A DNA stretch of 63,215 nucleotides, the filler included, from Octopus bimaculoides (Eukaryota), in the NCBI RefSeq assembly GCF_001194135.2. It is 7 parts of 7 records of this genome, joined end to end, with 100 filler letters (N's around TTAATTAATTAA, not from the genome) between each part and the next. Parts side by side here need not be neighbours in the genome. Positions count along the whole stretch, not along the records: positions 36,253 to 45,464 come from NC_069004.1; positions 45,565 to 58,103 come from NC_068989.1; 5 more parts are not named here. One strand, written 5' to 3'. Positions 42,052-54,850 of the stretch are shown piece after piece. The position numbers and the translations under genes were made by a program. Below the pieces are notes generated by a model. It searched no databases. It was not told the origin of the DNA and was given only the letters and a program-made list of their open reading frames with translations. Each line of letters begins with the position of its first letter. Position 1 is the stretch's first letter.

Positions 42052-42272
42052 CCCTTTAGCATTTAAACCGGCCATATCCGGCCAAAAGTATCCTGCCTGT
42101 TTTATGTTAGAACTGGCCAGATCTGGTCTCTCACACCAACCCTACAATATCGTTTTAAAAATTAGCAGCTACCTTATCAAAATCTCATAGCTACAAGATA
42201 ATGCATGATTAGTTCAAAACAATGTGGATAAAAAAGCATCAATTTTGGCAGAATAATGTGAACACTAAAGGG
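42052..42272. mobile_element. piggyBac-type MITE
   Basis: TTAA|CCCTTTAG...CTAAAGGG|TTAA. Confidence 0.8.
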
Positions 42273-42561
42273 TTAAACACTTAAAACTCACGGAACTGTA
42301 ACTATGTACATCTTCCCAGTATGGAGGACATAATGATGATGATGATGATGACAACTCATTAATTTTAGTTGTGCAACTATTGTCACATGCTTTTAAAGGC
42401 TGGTGTGCCAGCAGAATCCTTAGTACGCCGAGCAAAATGCTATGTAGCATTTTGTCCGTCTTTATGTTCTGAGTTCAAATTCTGCCCAGGTCAACTTTCA
42501 TCCCTTCGGGGTCGTTAAAAAATATGTACTAGTTGAGCACTGGGGGGGTCAATGTAATCGA

Positions 42562-43406
42562 TGGTAATTGTTCAGTTTAGGGATATTAAAAAAGCAAATA
42601 AAAATTTAGGGACATAAGTAAAGGGATATAAATAAGTCAACTTACTTATTTATGTCCCAAACAGCAGAAATACTGTAATTAGGTACCATGGCAAATTACA
42701 ATTTTCGTATGTGTCATCATCGTTTAACATCTGCTGTCCATGCTAGCATGGGTTGGGCGATTTGACTGAGGACTGGCGAACCAGATGGCTACATCAGGCT
42801 CCAATCTGATTTAGCAGAGTTTCTACAGCTGGATGCCCTTCCTAACGCCAACCACTCTGAGAGTGTAGTGGGTGCTTTTACGTGCCACCAGCACGAAGAC
42901 CAGTCAGGCGGTACTGGCAACAACCACGCTCAAAATGGTGTATTTTATGTGCCACCTACACAGGAGCCAGTCCAGCGGCACTGGCAACGACCTCGCTCGA
43001 ATGTCTTTTCACGTGCCACTGTCACAAGTGCCAGGAAGGCGACACTGGTGACGATCACGCTCAAATGGTGCTATTTACGTGCCACTGGCACAGAAGCCAG
43101 ACAGCTGCTCTGTATAAATTCATAATTAGTTGATGCCATGCCAACCACTGAAGAATCTTGTCTCAGGATTTGGGGAATTGGGTGATATTTCAAGATTCCT
43201 CCATGATTGATTCACGGTTGAGGATTTCAATTTCAGGAATAATCAATTGCAGTCCTGCTGGTCTTCCACGTTCCATTCTGATCAATTCGAAAATTAATAA
43301 TACCTANNNNNNNNNNNNNNNNNNNNNNNNNNNNNNNNNNNNNNNNNNNNNNNNNNNNNNNNAATTTTTATTTACTTTTTTTAATATCCCTAAACTGAAC
43401 AATCAC
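42562..43406. mobile_element. hAT-like non-autonomous DNA element
   Basis: ~40-bp inverted termini attgttcagtttagggatattaaaaaag..; imperfect 8-bp TSD gtaatcga/ttaatcga. Confidence 0.6.
42713..43105 (-). mobile_element. RTE-related short element with (GAT)n tail (family E)
   Basis: catcatcgtttaac..ccatgctagcatggg..gatgcccttcctaacgccaacc; also at 49119, 50889, 52540 and 53050. Confidence 0.75.
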
Positions 43407-45733
43407 TTAATCGAATTACCCCGCTCACCCCCAAAATTGCTGGTCTTGTGCCAAAATGGGAAATTATTATGATGACGACGACGACGACAATGACGATGTT
43501 GGCGGTATTAGCCTAGATTATGCAGTCGTAGTCTACCTGACGCTTTACGTATTCATGCACACAGTAGCTCGAAACTTGTCCGACATTATTTTGTTTACCT
43601 TAATTGCTTACCTTACATTCTTAACATAATTGTTTTCGAGTAGAAGTAATTTTCAACAATTTAATTTTATGAATACATTTTTATATAAATAAATAAATTT
43701 AAAAAAAAACAGTTTTGTTCTATATCATTAACGTAAATGTGAACAAGGTAATCGCCCGCCTTTTTCAACTGCTCTAAATTTTCAACGAAATCGTTAATCT
43801 ACTACAGTTTGTGGTTAACAACGCAGATATTTTCATTGCATTTTACTTTGTGTTTGAAATATTTTTAGGTTTTATAAGGTTATTCGTGAATAATTCACCA
43901 TAACAGTGAGCAACAATATAGAATTTTAGTTTCATGACAACTGATAAATAATTTGCGATCACATCAAATAATTCAAATTGCTATCATAAATGGGTTAATC
44001 TTTTTTTTAATGATATTTTATGGCTCTTTGTTGATGTTTGGTCCTCGTTTTAGGTTCAGTCTCACTGAATGGCACTTTAGACAATTTTCTATAGTTCCAG
44101 CTACAAAGCCTTATGAGTGAATCTGGCAGACGAAAACTGATGGACACGCCTCGCGCGCGCGCGCATATGTACACACATACACACACTCAACACATATAGG
44201 GGGTAACAATGAGTAAGATTTACTGCATTTTTTAAATTTGAGACAGTGTTGATTTGATGGAGAGAGTGAACTAACGTATGGTACGAACATCTGATCACTA
44301 TAAACAAATCATTTGTGCAGGTCGTCCGGCAAAAAGTTGAAAGCTCATATGCCCATCATCTTCGACGTATATTAAAATGGGGGCGAAGGCGGCGAGTTGG
44401 CAGGATAGTTAGGAGGGTGGATTATTATCGTTGTTGTATGTATTTCAACAATCCCAAACTATGAGAGTCAGCCGTGGTAAAGGTGATGGTGGTAGTGGGT
44501 GCTAAAATGGCCGGTTTGCTGTGTCTAAAGTAGTTTTTGATATGCAAGTGGACACGAAAAACGCAAACTTGATAAATAAAAAGCGAAATGACCAAATATA
44601 CTGATGGGGAAAAAATTTTCAAACTGTTTGGCTGCAGTCGAACCATGTAAAAGGTAGAAAAAAAGTTATGTTTGTATGTGAATTTAAATACGAGAAAAAA
44701 AAAGTAACAATATCTGAAAAGATTTGCCGGTCAAACCGCCTCATGATCTCAGCTGACAAAATGAAAAAGGCATTTTACAATATCCAGTTTGTCAACTCCT
44801 ACAATTAAAATAAACCAAGGGAATACTAATGAAGCCAGTGATTGTATATAAACCATGGGGTTTTTTTTTTCTAGCAACGTTCAACTAAATGATGGTTGAT
44901 GGTTTTAATGCAGATGGAATGAGGTCAATGCGAACGTCTCGCAGAACCAAGAGAGACTGAGCAGAAACAGCAATCGTGAAGCAAATTCACTGATTTAAAA
45001 CAATACAGTGACCTCAGAATCTGGCTCATAACAATTGAGAATGATTTCAAACATGATTCTTTTGACATAAGAACAATAAAATCCTGATGATAGACATGCA
45101 GACTCAAGCTGAGTTTATAGGGAACAAAGATGTTTTTCAGACAAATATTTTGATAATAGCAGAAAACAATTTAAAAATTTGCCAGGCGTCGGTCGATGAG
45201 ATTCTGGTTAGTTTACACAAAGAATGAAGGCCGCATATATTGTTTCAAACTCTGTTTTGAATGTCAAAGAGCTAAACATAACTAACAATAGATGTTTTTT
45301 TTTTTTTTTACTGGAGGAAATATACCAAGTACTCTGTACTCAGACTCATAAAGAGAGCAGAAAAAATATAAGAGAAAGAGAGAAAGGGTGAGAGACCAGT
45401 GAGTAGTGTTGCCAGATTCAAAAGTTAGAGGAAGTGAACACACACACACACACACACACACACANNNNNNNNNNNNNNNNNNNNNNNNNNNNNNNNNNNN
45501 NNNNNNNNTTAATTAATTAANNNNNNNNNNNNNNNNNNNNNNNNNNNNNNNNNNNNNNNNNNNNATATATATATAGATATGTATACATATATATGTATGT
45601 ATGTATGTATGAATGTATGTATGTATATCAAGAGTAAATATGTGAGAATCTCGTAAAAAGCATCTCTTTCACACTCTTCCTCTTTCTTCAATTCCCTCTG
45701 TTTCCCTGTCACTCTCTCCCTCTCACTATACAC

Positions 45734-45766
<33 letters not shown>

Positions 45767-46569
45767 CACACACACACACACAAACACATATATATCTACA
45801 TGTACATAGCAAACACATGTACATATATACATATACACACACGCATATTTATGCATACATTGTATATATATATATGTATATATATGTACATATGCATTCT
45901 GTTTATCTATCTAGTCATTTACATACATATAAATATACTCACACATGTATATAAACATACACACACAGTCACGTTCACATATATACATATGATGTACATA
46001 ATATATATATATTTATATATATATATATATATNNNNNNNNNNNNNNNNNNNNNNNNNNNNNNNNNNNNNNNNNNNNNNNNNNNNNNNNNNNNNNNNNNNN
46101 NNNNNNNNNNNNNNNNNNNNNNNNNNNNNNNNNNNNNNNNNNNNNNNNNNNNNNNNNNNNNNNNNNNNNNNNNNNNNNNNNNNNNNNNNNNNNNNNNNNN
46201 NNNNNNNNNNNNNNNNNNNNNNNNNNNNNNNNNNNNNNNNNNNNNNNNNNNNNNNNNNNNNNNNNNNNNNNNNNNNNNNNNNNNNNNNNNNNNNNNNNNN
46301 NNNNNNNNNNNNNNNNNNNNNNNNNNNNNNNNNNNNNNNNNNNNNNNNNNNNNNNNNNNNNNNNNNNNNNNNNNNNNNNNNNNNNNNNNNNNNNNNNNNN
46401 NNNNNNNNNNNNNNNNNNNNNNNNNNNNNNNNNNNNNNNNNNNNNNNNNNNNNNNNNNNNNNNNNNNNNNNNNNNNNNNNNNNNNNNNNNNNNNNNNNNN
46501 NNNNNNNNNNNNNNNNNNNNNNNNNNNNNNNNNNNNNNNNNNNNNNNNNNNNNNNNNNNNNNNNNNNNN

Positions 46570-46604
<35 letters not shown>

Positions 46605-46818
46605 TATATATGTATATATGTATGTAGTATGTGTATATATATATGTGTGTGTGTGTATATATATATCATCATCATCATCATCATCGTTTGACGTATGCCT
46701 TCCATGCTGACATGGGTGGGACTATATATGTATGTATATAATAGTAATAATAATAATAATAATGATGATGATGATGATAATGATAATCATATTAACTAAC
46801 AGGAGATGAATTTGGTAT

Positions 46819-46865
46819 TACATCGTCATATGTTTCGACCCTTTGTTCTGGATCTCATCAGGTAC
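46819..46865 (-). ncRNA. Degenerate minimal hammerhead motif
   Basis: CTGATGA GATCC-agaacaaa-GGGTC GAAAC ATAT GAC; cleavage triplet reads GAC rather than GUC. Confidence 0.45.
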
Positions 46866-47039
46866 AGAGATAAAGATGTCTGACTAGAGATTTTCAGTGT
46901 TGGTTGACTTGTTATATGCAGATGACATCAGGTAGCTTTAAATGTGCTGGTGCTCTACTCAACATTTAAACACACTATTCAACTTATACTTGTTTGTCCA
47001 AATCATTTATTATTTTTATTATTATTATTTATATATAGG

Positions 47040-47240
47040 TGGCTAGCCAGCAGCATTGTTAGCTTGCTGAATGGAATACTTAGCGCTATTTCACCAGTCG
47101 CTACATTCTGAGTTCAAATTCCACCAAGGTCGACTTTGCTTTTCATACTTTCGGGCTCGATAAATTAAGTACCAGTGAAACACTGGGGTTGACGTAATTG
47201 ACTTAATCTCCTCCCCCAAGCTGCCCTTGTGGCAAAAATT
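47040..47240 (+). mobile_element. SINE family D
   Basis: gagttcaaattcc B box; gtcgactttgcttttcatactttcgggctcgataaattaagtaccag domain. Confidence 0.8.
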
Positions 47241-47254
47241 TGAAATCATGATAT

Positions 47255-47286
<32 letters not shown>

Positions 47287-47306
47287 TAAATATATATATA
47301 TATATA

Positions 47307-48395
47307 GGGGTCCACCAAGGTTCAGTCCTCAGGCCCCTCCTATTTATCATAGTCTTCCAGGCAATAACACAGGAATTCAAGACGGGATGCCCCTGGGAGC
47401 TCCTCTATGCTGATGACCTTGCACTAATTGCTGAGTCACTATCAGAACTAGAGGAGAAGTTTCAGGTGTGGAAGCAAGGACTAGAATTGAAGGGCCTTAG
47501 AGTCAACCTAGCTAAAACCAAAGTCCTAATAAGTATGAAGGTAGACAAAATACAAACCCCCTTCAGGTGGATGGCCCTGCTCGATCTGTACAAAAGGTGT
47601 AGGTAGAAATTCCATAAGATGTACCCAGTGTAAGCTATGGACACATAAGAGGTGTAGCAATATCAAAGGACGGCTAACTAGCAAAATAGTCTTTTTATGT
47701 AGCAGATGCTCAGGAGCAATAAACACTGAGAATGTGCAGAAAACAACCTTTACCACACTCCAGGGTGAAAAACTAGAAGTAGTTGATAGCTTCTGCTACC
47801 TAGGTGACCAAGTTTGTAGCGGGAAGGGTGCACTGAAAGTGTAGCTGCTAGAACAAGAATAGCCTGGGCAAAGTTTAGAAAGCTCTTACCTCTGCTGGTG
47901 ACAAAGGGCCTCTCACTCAGAGTAAAAGGTNNNNNNNNNNNNNNNNNNNNNNNNNNNNNNNNNNNNNNNNNNNNTCGCAGTGAAACATGGACCGTGACTG
48001 CTGAGGACATATGTAAGCTTGCAAGAAACGAAGCCAGTATGCTCCGATGGATGTGTAATGTAAGTGTGCATACTCGACAGAGTGTAAGTACCTTGAGAGA
48101 AAAGTTAGACCTAAGAAGCATCAGTTGTGGTGTGCAAGAGAGATGATTGCGCTGGTATAGACATGTGGCAAGAATGGATGAGGATAGCTGTGTGAAAAAG
48201 TGCCACACCCTAAGAGTAGAAGGAACCTGTGGAAGAGGTAGACCCAGGAAGACATGGGATGAGGTGGTAAAGCATGACCTTCGAACTTTGGGTCTCACAG
48301 AGGCAATAACAAGATACTGAGACCTTTGGAGATATACTGTGATTGAGAAGACTTGGCAAGTAAAGTGAGATCGCAGCCATGGCTGATGCCAGTGT
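47307..48395 (+). mobile_element. 5'-truncated RTE LINE (RT C-terminal part with a PHD-like insert), disrupted
   Basis: GVHQGSVLRPLLF, LLYADDL, VNLAKTK, RWYRHVARM, GRGRPRKTW. Confidence 0.9.
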
Positions 48396-49063
48396 TGCAT
48401 GACCAGTTCATTTAAAAGTACCCTTTTGACTTAGCCAGACCATACAGGCTAGTAATTAATTCTAAGTAATTAGTTAATTCTGTATGGTCTGGCTAAGTCA
48501 AAATGTTTTTTTTGTATTCTTCCTTTCCACTTGGAGAGTTTAAATGTAGTTACAACAATATGTCCTTCTATTGAAATGAAATTTCAGTAAATTTCTATAT
48601 CTTTGTGCAGCTGAAGATTGCTCTGCATTTTACATTCAATGTAATGTTCATATTGCTTAAATAAATGGAGTTGCATGAAACGGTCGTACTGCATTAACTT
48701 TGGATATCCTTGTTGCTTATTTTGATTATATATATATATATGTATGTATATGTGTGTGTGTGTGTGTGTGCGCGTGTGTGTGTGTGTGTGTGTNNNNNNN
48801 NNNNNNNNNNNNNNNNNNNNNNNNNNNNNNNNNNNNNNNNNNNNNNNNNNNNNNNNNNNNNNNNNNNNNNNNNNNNNNNNNNNNNNNNNNNNNNNNNNNN
48901 NNNNNNNNNNNNNNNNNNNNNNNNNNNNNNNNNNNNNNNNNNNNNNNNNNNNNNNNNNNNNNNNNNNNNNNNNNNNNNNNNNNNNNNNNNNNNNNNNNNN
49001 NNNNNNNNNNNNNNNNNNNNNNNNNNNNNNNNNNNNNNNNNNNNNNNNNNNNNNNNNNNNNNN

Positions 49064-49500
49064 ATTTCGAACCTGGTTTCTCATTCCTAAGGTTTCTTAC
49101 GATATTATTATTATTATTCATCATCATCATCGTTTAACGTCCGCTTTCCATGCTAGCATGGGTTGGACGATTTGACTGAGGACTGGTGAAACCGGATGGC
49201 AACACCAGGCTCCAGTCTGATTTGGCAGAGTTTCTACAGCTGGATGCCCTTCCTAACGCCAACCACTCAGAGAGTGTAGTGGGTGCTTTTACGTGTCACC
49301 CGCACGAAAACGGCCACGCTCGAAATGGTGTCTTTTATGTGCCACCCGCACAAGCCAGTCCATTATTATTATTAATATTATTATTATTATTATCATTATT
49401 ATTACTATTATCATTATCGTTATTATTATTATTCCGGTCACTACTTGGAATTGAACTTGGAATCTTGGAGTTAGTAGCCCGTGCTCTTAGCCTCTATGCG

Positions 49501-49544
<44 letters not shown>

Positions 49545-49700
49545 GATAACATCGAAAAATGCCTTAGAAATGAGAACCCAGGTTCGAAATTTTCCCAAGA
49601 CACCTGATGAAGGCTGGAGAGTATATCAGCCAAAATGTTGTGTTAACAACAAACAAGATGAGGATAAATATCTCTCAAATGTAAATAATGTAAATACTAG
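49064..49700. mobile_element. tRNA-head/HHR element, head-to-head dimer (right head deleted, left HHR would lie in the gap)
   Basis: Both arms match the 62182-62679 element; HHR motif at 49599-49644. Confidence 0.8.
49119..49361 (-). mobile_element. Family E element inserted in the (ATT)n tract of the HHR element
   Basis: ATT repeats resume at 49362. Confidence 0.8.
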
Positions 49701-50514
49701 TGGGGTTAAAAATTCACAATACTTCACAATCCCTCAACTATCATGGGTTTTACGTTACAAAACCTCCAACAAATAATTAAAATCTAAAAAAAATTTAAAT
49801 ATATAAATACCTATCAGCCACAAAAACCCACCATATACTGAGGAGTCCATGATATAAATTTACATATATTAGCCAGAAAAGTCTGCAATGTACTGATTGT
49901 GCAATAGGTGAACCGTGATATGGCAAGGGATTACTGCAGCTGGTTTGACAGCATTTTCTTGATACTTTCATAGATTACATCTTGGCAAAAAATCCACTGA
50001 CATCAGGTATATTTTAAACAAACAAACAGATAAGGTAGAAATAGGAGATGACTCATTCATCAACTACATAGAAAAACAAGTGAAAATTCAGAGAGGCACA
50101 AAAAAAATTTATGCATTTGGAACCATCCTTGCGCTGGATCGACAATTTATATTGGATTGGGTGCCTATGTTTATATGTATTTATATGTATTTATGTGTAT
50201 TTATACGTATTTATGTGTATTTATATGTATTTATGTGTATTTATATATACAGATAGATGTGTGGGTGTAGATCATCATTTGATTTCTCACCTAAAGTATT
50301 TATTTAAACACACACACACACAGATTCAAAATTTCTGATTCAACTCCAGATTCTTTTCAATTAACTCTCGTATATATAAAAGACATGAAACTTCTGTAAA
50401 CAAATCATTCATGATGAATCTCTTTATAGAGATGAAAATGCTAAATAAATAATTTCTATCCAAAATTATACATTTCAGCCCTAAGGCTATGCCCATATAT
50501 ATATATACTACACA

Positions 50515-50554
<40 letters not shown>

Positions 50555-50888
50555 CTACAGGTGGTTGGCTCCCCTGTCAGCATATATCTGTGCTCTTCCA
50601 ACAGCATTAAGAGTACTTTAACTCTTATTTCTAGCAATGTAGGTGTGTTGGTACCTTTAATCACACTTGGTGATGATTGAATTTTTCCTTTATGGTATCA
50701 CATTGTGCTAGATGTTTATATATGTATATATGTATNNNNNNNNNNNNNNNNNNNNNNNNNNNNNNNNNNNNNNNNNNNNNNNNNNNNNNNNNNNNNNNNN
50801 NNNNNNNNNNNNNNNNNNNNNNNNNNNNNNNNNNNNNNNNNNNNNNNNNNNNNNNNNNNNNNNNNNTATATATGTATATATATATATA

Positions 50889-51130
50889 TCATCATCATCA
50901 TCATTTAATGTCTGTTTTCCATGCTGGCATGAGTTGGACATTTTGACTGGGGTCTGGAAGGCCAGCAACTGCACCAGGCTCCAATCTGATCTGGCAATGT
51001 TTCGACAGTTTGATGCCCTTCCTAACGCCGGCCACTCTGAGAGTGTAGCGGGTGCTTTTTATGTGCCCCCGAGCCAATCAGGCGGGCTTGGCATCTATCA
51101 CATTTGGATAGTGCATTTAACATGCCACTG
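50889..51130 (-). mobile_element. Family E element
   Basis: Matches 42713-42900. Confidence 0.75.
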
Positions 51131-51149
51131 GCACGATATATATATATTC

Positions 51150-51622
51150 TTCTATTCTTTTACTTGTTTCAGTCATTTGACGGCAGCCTTGCTGGAGCAC
51201 TGCCTTTTAGTTGAACAAATCAATCCCAGGACTTATTCTTTGTAAGCCTAGTACTTATTCAATCATCACTAAAAAGGACTAAAGGTACCAACACACCTAC
51301 ATTGCTAGAAATAAGAGTTAAAGTACTCTTAATGCTATTAGTTTCTAATGCCGAACCACTACGTTATGGAGGATGTAAACACACCAACATCAGTTGCCAA
51401 GCGATGGTGGGGGACAAACACAGACACGCACGCATAAATATATATATATATATATATATATTTATACGCGATGGGCTTCTTTCAGTTTCCGTTTACTAAA
51501 TCCACTCATAAAGCTTTGGTCTGCTTGAGGCTATAATAGAAGACACTTGTCCATGGTGCCACGCAGTGGGAGTGAACCCAGAACCATGTGACTGGGAAGT
51601 AAGCTTCTTACCACACAGTCAC
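51150..51622 (-). mobile_element. SINE family A with an ~90-bp foreign insertion
   Basis: Family sequence breaks after tagtacttattc and resumes at gccgaacc. Confidence 0.8.
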
Positions 51623-51753
51623 ATTAAACTAGCACTCTGTTGCTTATTATGATGAGTATTCTAATCAATGGAATCGAGCCCATAGTCTCATGATCATGAG
51701 CTGAATACTGTAACCACGAAAGCATGTGTCTTCACACATATATACACATATAC

Positions 51754-51784
<31 letters not shown>

Positions 51785-51829
51785 CATGGTGGTTATCTAT
51801 TCCTTATGCAGAGTTTGACCACCTCCTGT

Positions 51830-51990
51830 ACCTACACCTTAGCACCATCATGGCATCTGATGTGGCTTTTTAAACCAGACAATGTTCTGAAAAGACACCC
51901 AGATACATTGCACATCCAGTTTGGACCACAAAGAGCTGCAGATAAGTTCTGATCTTTGTGGATCTTAAAATGTCTTTTGAGGCAGAATAG
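51830..51990 (-). mobile_element. Probable RTE LINE 3' end with a C2H2-like motif
   Basis: WMCNVSGCLFRTLSGLKSHIRCH*; no flanking splice evidence for a host ZNF exon. Confidence 0.5.
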
Positions 51991-52029
51991 TTGGTGGAGG
52001 TTCGTACATACATACATACATACATAATT

Positions 52030-52150
52030 TATTGGGGCCTTGCCTAAATACCAATCTTGAAAAATTAGGCTTCTCAAAACCAGAAAGGAGAAAGCTAATT
52101 CAAAGTCTACTTATCAAATCCATCACTGGAACTGTAAAAATCTGCAAAAC
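52030..52150 (+). mobile_element. RLE-type (R4/Dong-like) LINE 3' fragment
   Basis: IGAL...NLEKLGFSKPERRKLIQSLLIKSITGTVKICKTF. Confidence 0.55.
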
Positions 52151-52436
52151 TTTCCAGAAGTTTATCATTTAAATATATATGAGCATGTCTAGATATGCAA
52201 CTATATGCATGAGAATACATATATAAAACAAAACATACAAATTTGCATATATAAATACATACATATATACATGCATGCATGCATGCATGCATACATACAT
52301 ACATACATACATACATACAAACAAACAAAAATACCATGTTGTTGATGTTGAAATTCCAATGAAGGAGCCTTGGATCTAGGTTAGAAACTGCTTTTTTCTC
52401 TGTTGGCAAGAAATCTTGAAATAAAACTGAACAATA

Positions 52437-52486
<50 letters not shown>

Positions 52487-53522
52487 GTTCCCTCTGTGGG
52501 GTGGGGTTAGGAAGAACATTCAACCATAAAAATCTTGCCAAACAGTCACTGAATCCTGATACAGTCTTCTGCCTAGTCAGTTCCTGTCAAACTGGCTAAC
52601 CCATGCCAGCATAGAAAGCAGACATTAAACGATAATGATGATGATGATGATGATGATGATGATATGAATAATGTGAAGTATAATGGATTAAGATAAAATA
52701 AGATAACATAAAATGAAATAGAAAATAAAAATAAAGTAAAGTAAGATGAATAAATATGCATGTTGGTGCTATGAAGAATGTATACCATATACTCTATAAA
52801 GTGGTAAGTTTTATGAAAATATCTCATCAATAGAAAACATGCCAAACTGAGACATTGGAGGAAATTACGGTCCTCTAGCTTGTGAGGTTCTGTTGAACCA
52901 TGAAACCCATACCAGCATGAAAGATGAATGTAAAATTATGACGAAGATGATAATGCACAGGCATATACATACACAGACATAGTCTCACAGACACACACAC
53001 ACAAGCACACACACACACATGCACACACACACACACTCAAACACATGGTTCATCATCATTTTAACCATTTTCAACGCTTGTATGGGTCAGACGGAATCTG
53101 TTGAGGCAGATTTTCTACGGCTGGAAGCTCTTCCTGTTGTCAAACCTCACCTGCTTCAAAGCAAGTAAAAAAAAAAATATTCACCCATGGCTGGTCAGAC
53201 ATGTTTTCATAGAAGGCTGGAAATGAGACACACACACACACACACTTGCACACACGCAAGAATGCATACACACACACACACACACATACACACACGTATG
53301 TAATTCTACATCCACATCCATAAGCAATCTGAAATTCTGTACTTCATTGTGTACTTATAATTTCATTTGAATGTTTATGTTGCTTCTATTTTTGTTGTTG
53401 TTGTTGTTGTTGCTTATGTCATTGCTGCAAACAAGAAAGCATTATCATTGGCCCTGTGCCAATTTTAGAAATTATCATTATCAGTATCATTATTATTTTT
53501 ATTATTATTATCATTATTATTA

Positions 53523-53616
<94 letters not shown>

Positions 53617-54532
53617 ATTGCTAGTGTTATTATTACTTATTATTACTTTTAAACATCATTTATAAAGTTTGGTCTGAATACTTTGGAATCTGTACAAACT
53701 ATCTCATATTAATCTTTCAAACATTGTCCTCTCATGGAATCATAATAATCCAAATTTTGATTTTATTTCTCTAACACGATAGTCTTTTCAAAACTGTCTA
53801 CAATCCATTTATTTATATATTTTATGTCAGAATATATCTNNNNNNNNNNNNNNNNNNNNNNNNNNNNNNNNNNNNNNNNNNNNNNNNNNNNNNNNNNNNN
53901 NNNNNNNNNNNNNNNNNNNNNNNNNNNNNNNNNNNNNNNNNNNNNNNNNNNNNNNNNNNNNNNNNNNNNNNNNNNNNNNNNNNNNNNNNNNNNNNNNNNN
54001 NNNNNNNNNNNNNNNNNNNNNNNNNNNNNNNNNNNNNNNNNNNNNNNNNNNNNNNNNNNNNNNNNNNNNNNNNNNNNNNNNNNNNNNNNNNNNNNNNNNN
54101 NNNNNNNNNNNNNNNNNNNNNNNNNNNNNNNNNNNNNNNNNNNNNNNNNNNNNNNNNNNNNNNNNNNNNNNNNNNNNNNNNNNNNNNNNNNNNNNNNNNN
54201 NNNNNNNNNNNNNNNNNNNNNNNNNNNNNNNNNNNNNNNNNNNNNNNNNNNNNNNNNNNNNNNNNNNNNNNNNNNNNNNNNNNNNNNNNNNNNNNNNNNN
54301 NNNNNNNNNNNNNNNNNNNNNNNNNNNNNNNNNNNNNNNNNNNNNNNNNNNAGAGAGAGAGAGAGAGAGAGAGAGATGGGGAGGGGGAGAGAAGGAAAGA
54401 GTGAATTGTTTAATGGGAAACACTCTTGCAAATATGATTTCTTAATGTTCACCTGGGTAAAATTTGTACTTGGGCTCCCAGAAATTGAACTAAACATTAG
54501 AAACTTTGATTATCGACATTATTCTTTTTATA

Positions 54533-54850
54533 GGCACATGGCTTTGTAGTTAGGGCATTCGGCCCATGATCGTAAGGTTTTGAGTAAGATTTCCAGAGTG
54601 GCATGTTGTGTCCTTGAGCAAGACACTTTATTTCTCATTGTTCCAGTACACTCAACTGGCAAAAATGAGTAGTAGCTGAAATTCAAATGGCCAGGTCACA
54701 TTCTATATCATGCTGAATCTGTCTAAGAACTACATTAAGGGTATGCATTTTTGTGGAGTGCTAAGCTACTTGCACGTTAATTTTACCAGTAGGCTGTTTT
54801 GTTGATCAGATCAACTGGAATCTTCATTGTCATAACTGATGGGCTGCCTG
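54533..54850 (+). mobile_element. tRNA-derived SINE family B
   Basis: Degenerate A box, gtgtccttgagcaagacacttta segment, tail shared with 12890-13108. Confidence 0.8.

Larger units (their letters stand above)
42398..43445 (+). mobile_element. SINE family D (Deu/Nin-like central domain) split by a nested insertion
   Basis: 5' part ends gtaatcga at 42561 and resumes at 43407; compare intact copies at 47040 and 56030. Confidence 0.7.

Noticed and set aside
51832-52077. Host C2H2 zinc-finger gene
   Set aside because: A single imperfect finger with no TGEKP linker, and the ORF start lies in a microsatellite; a LINE C-terminus is more likely.
7098-54549. ORFs of 200-436 aa dominated by X
   Set aside because: They are long only because N gaps contain no stop codons.
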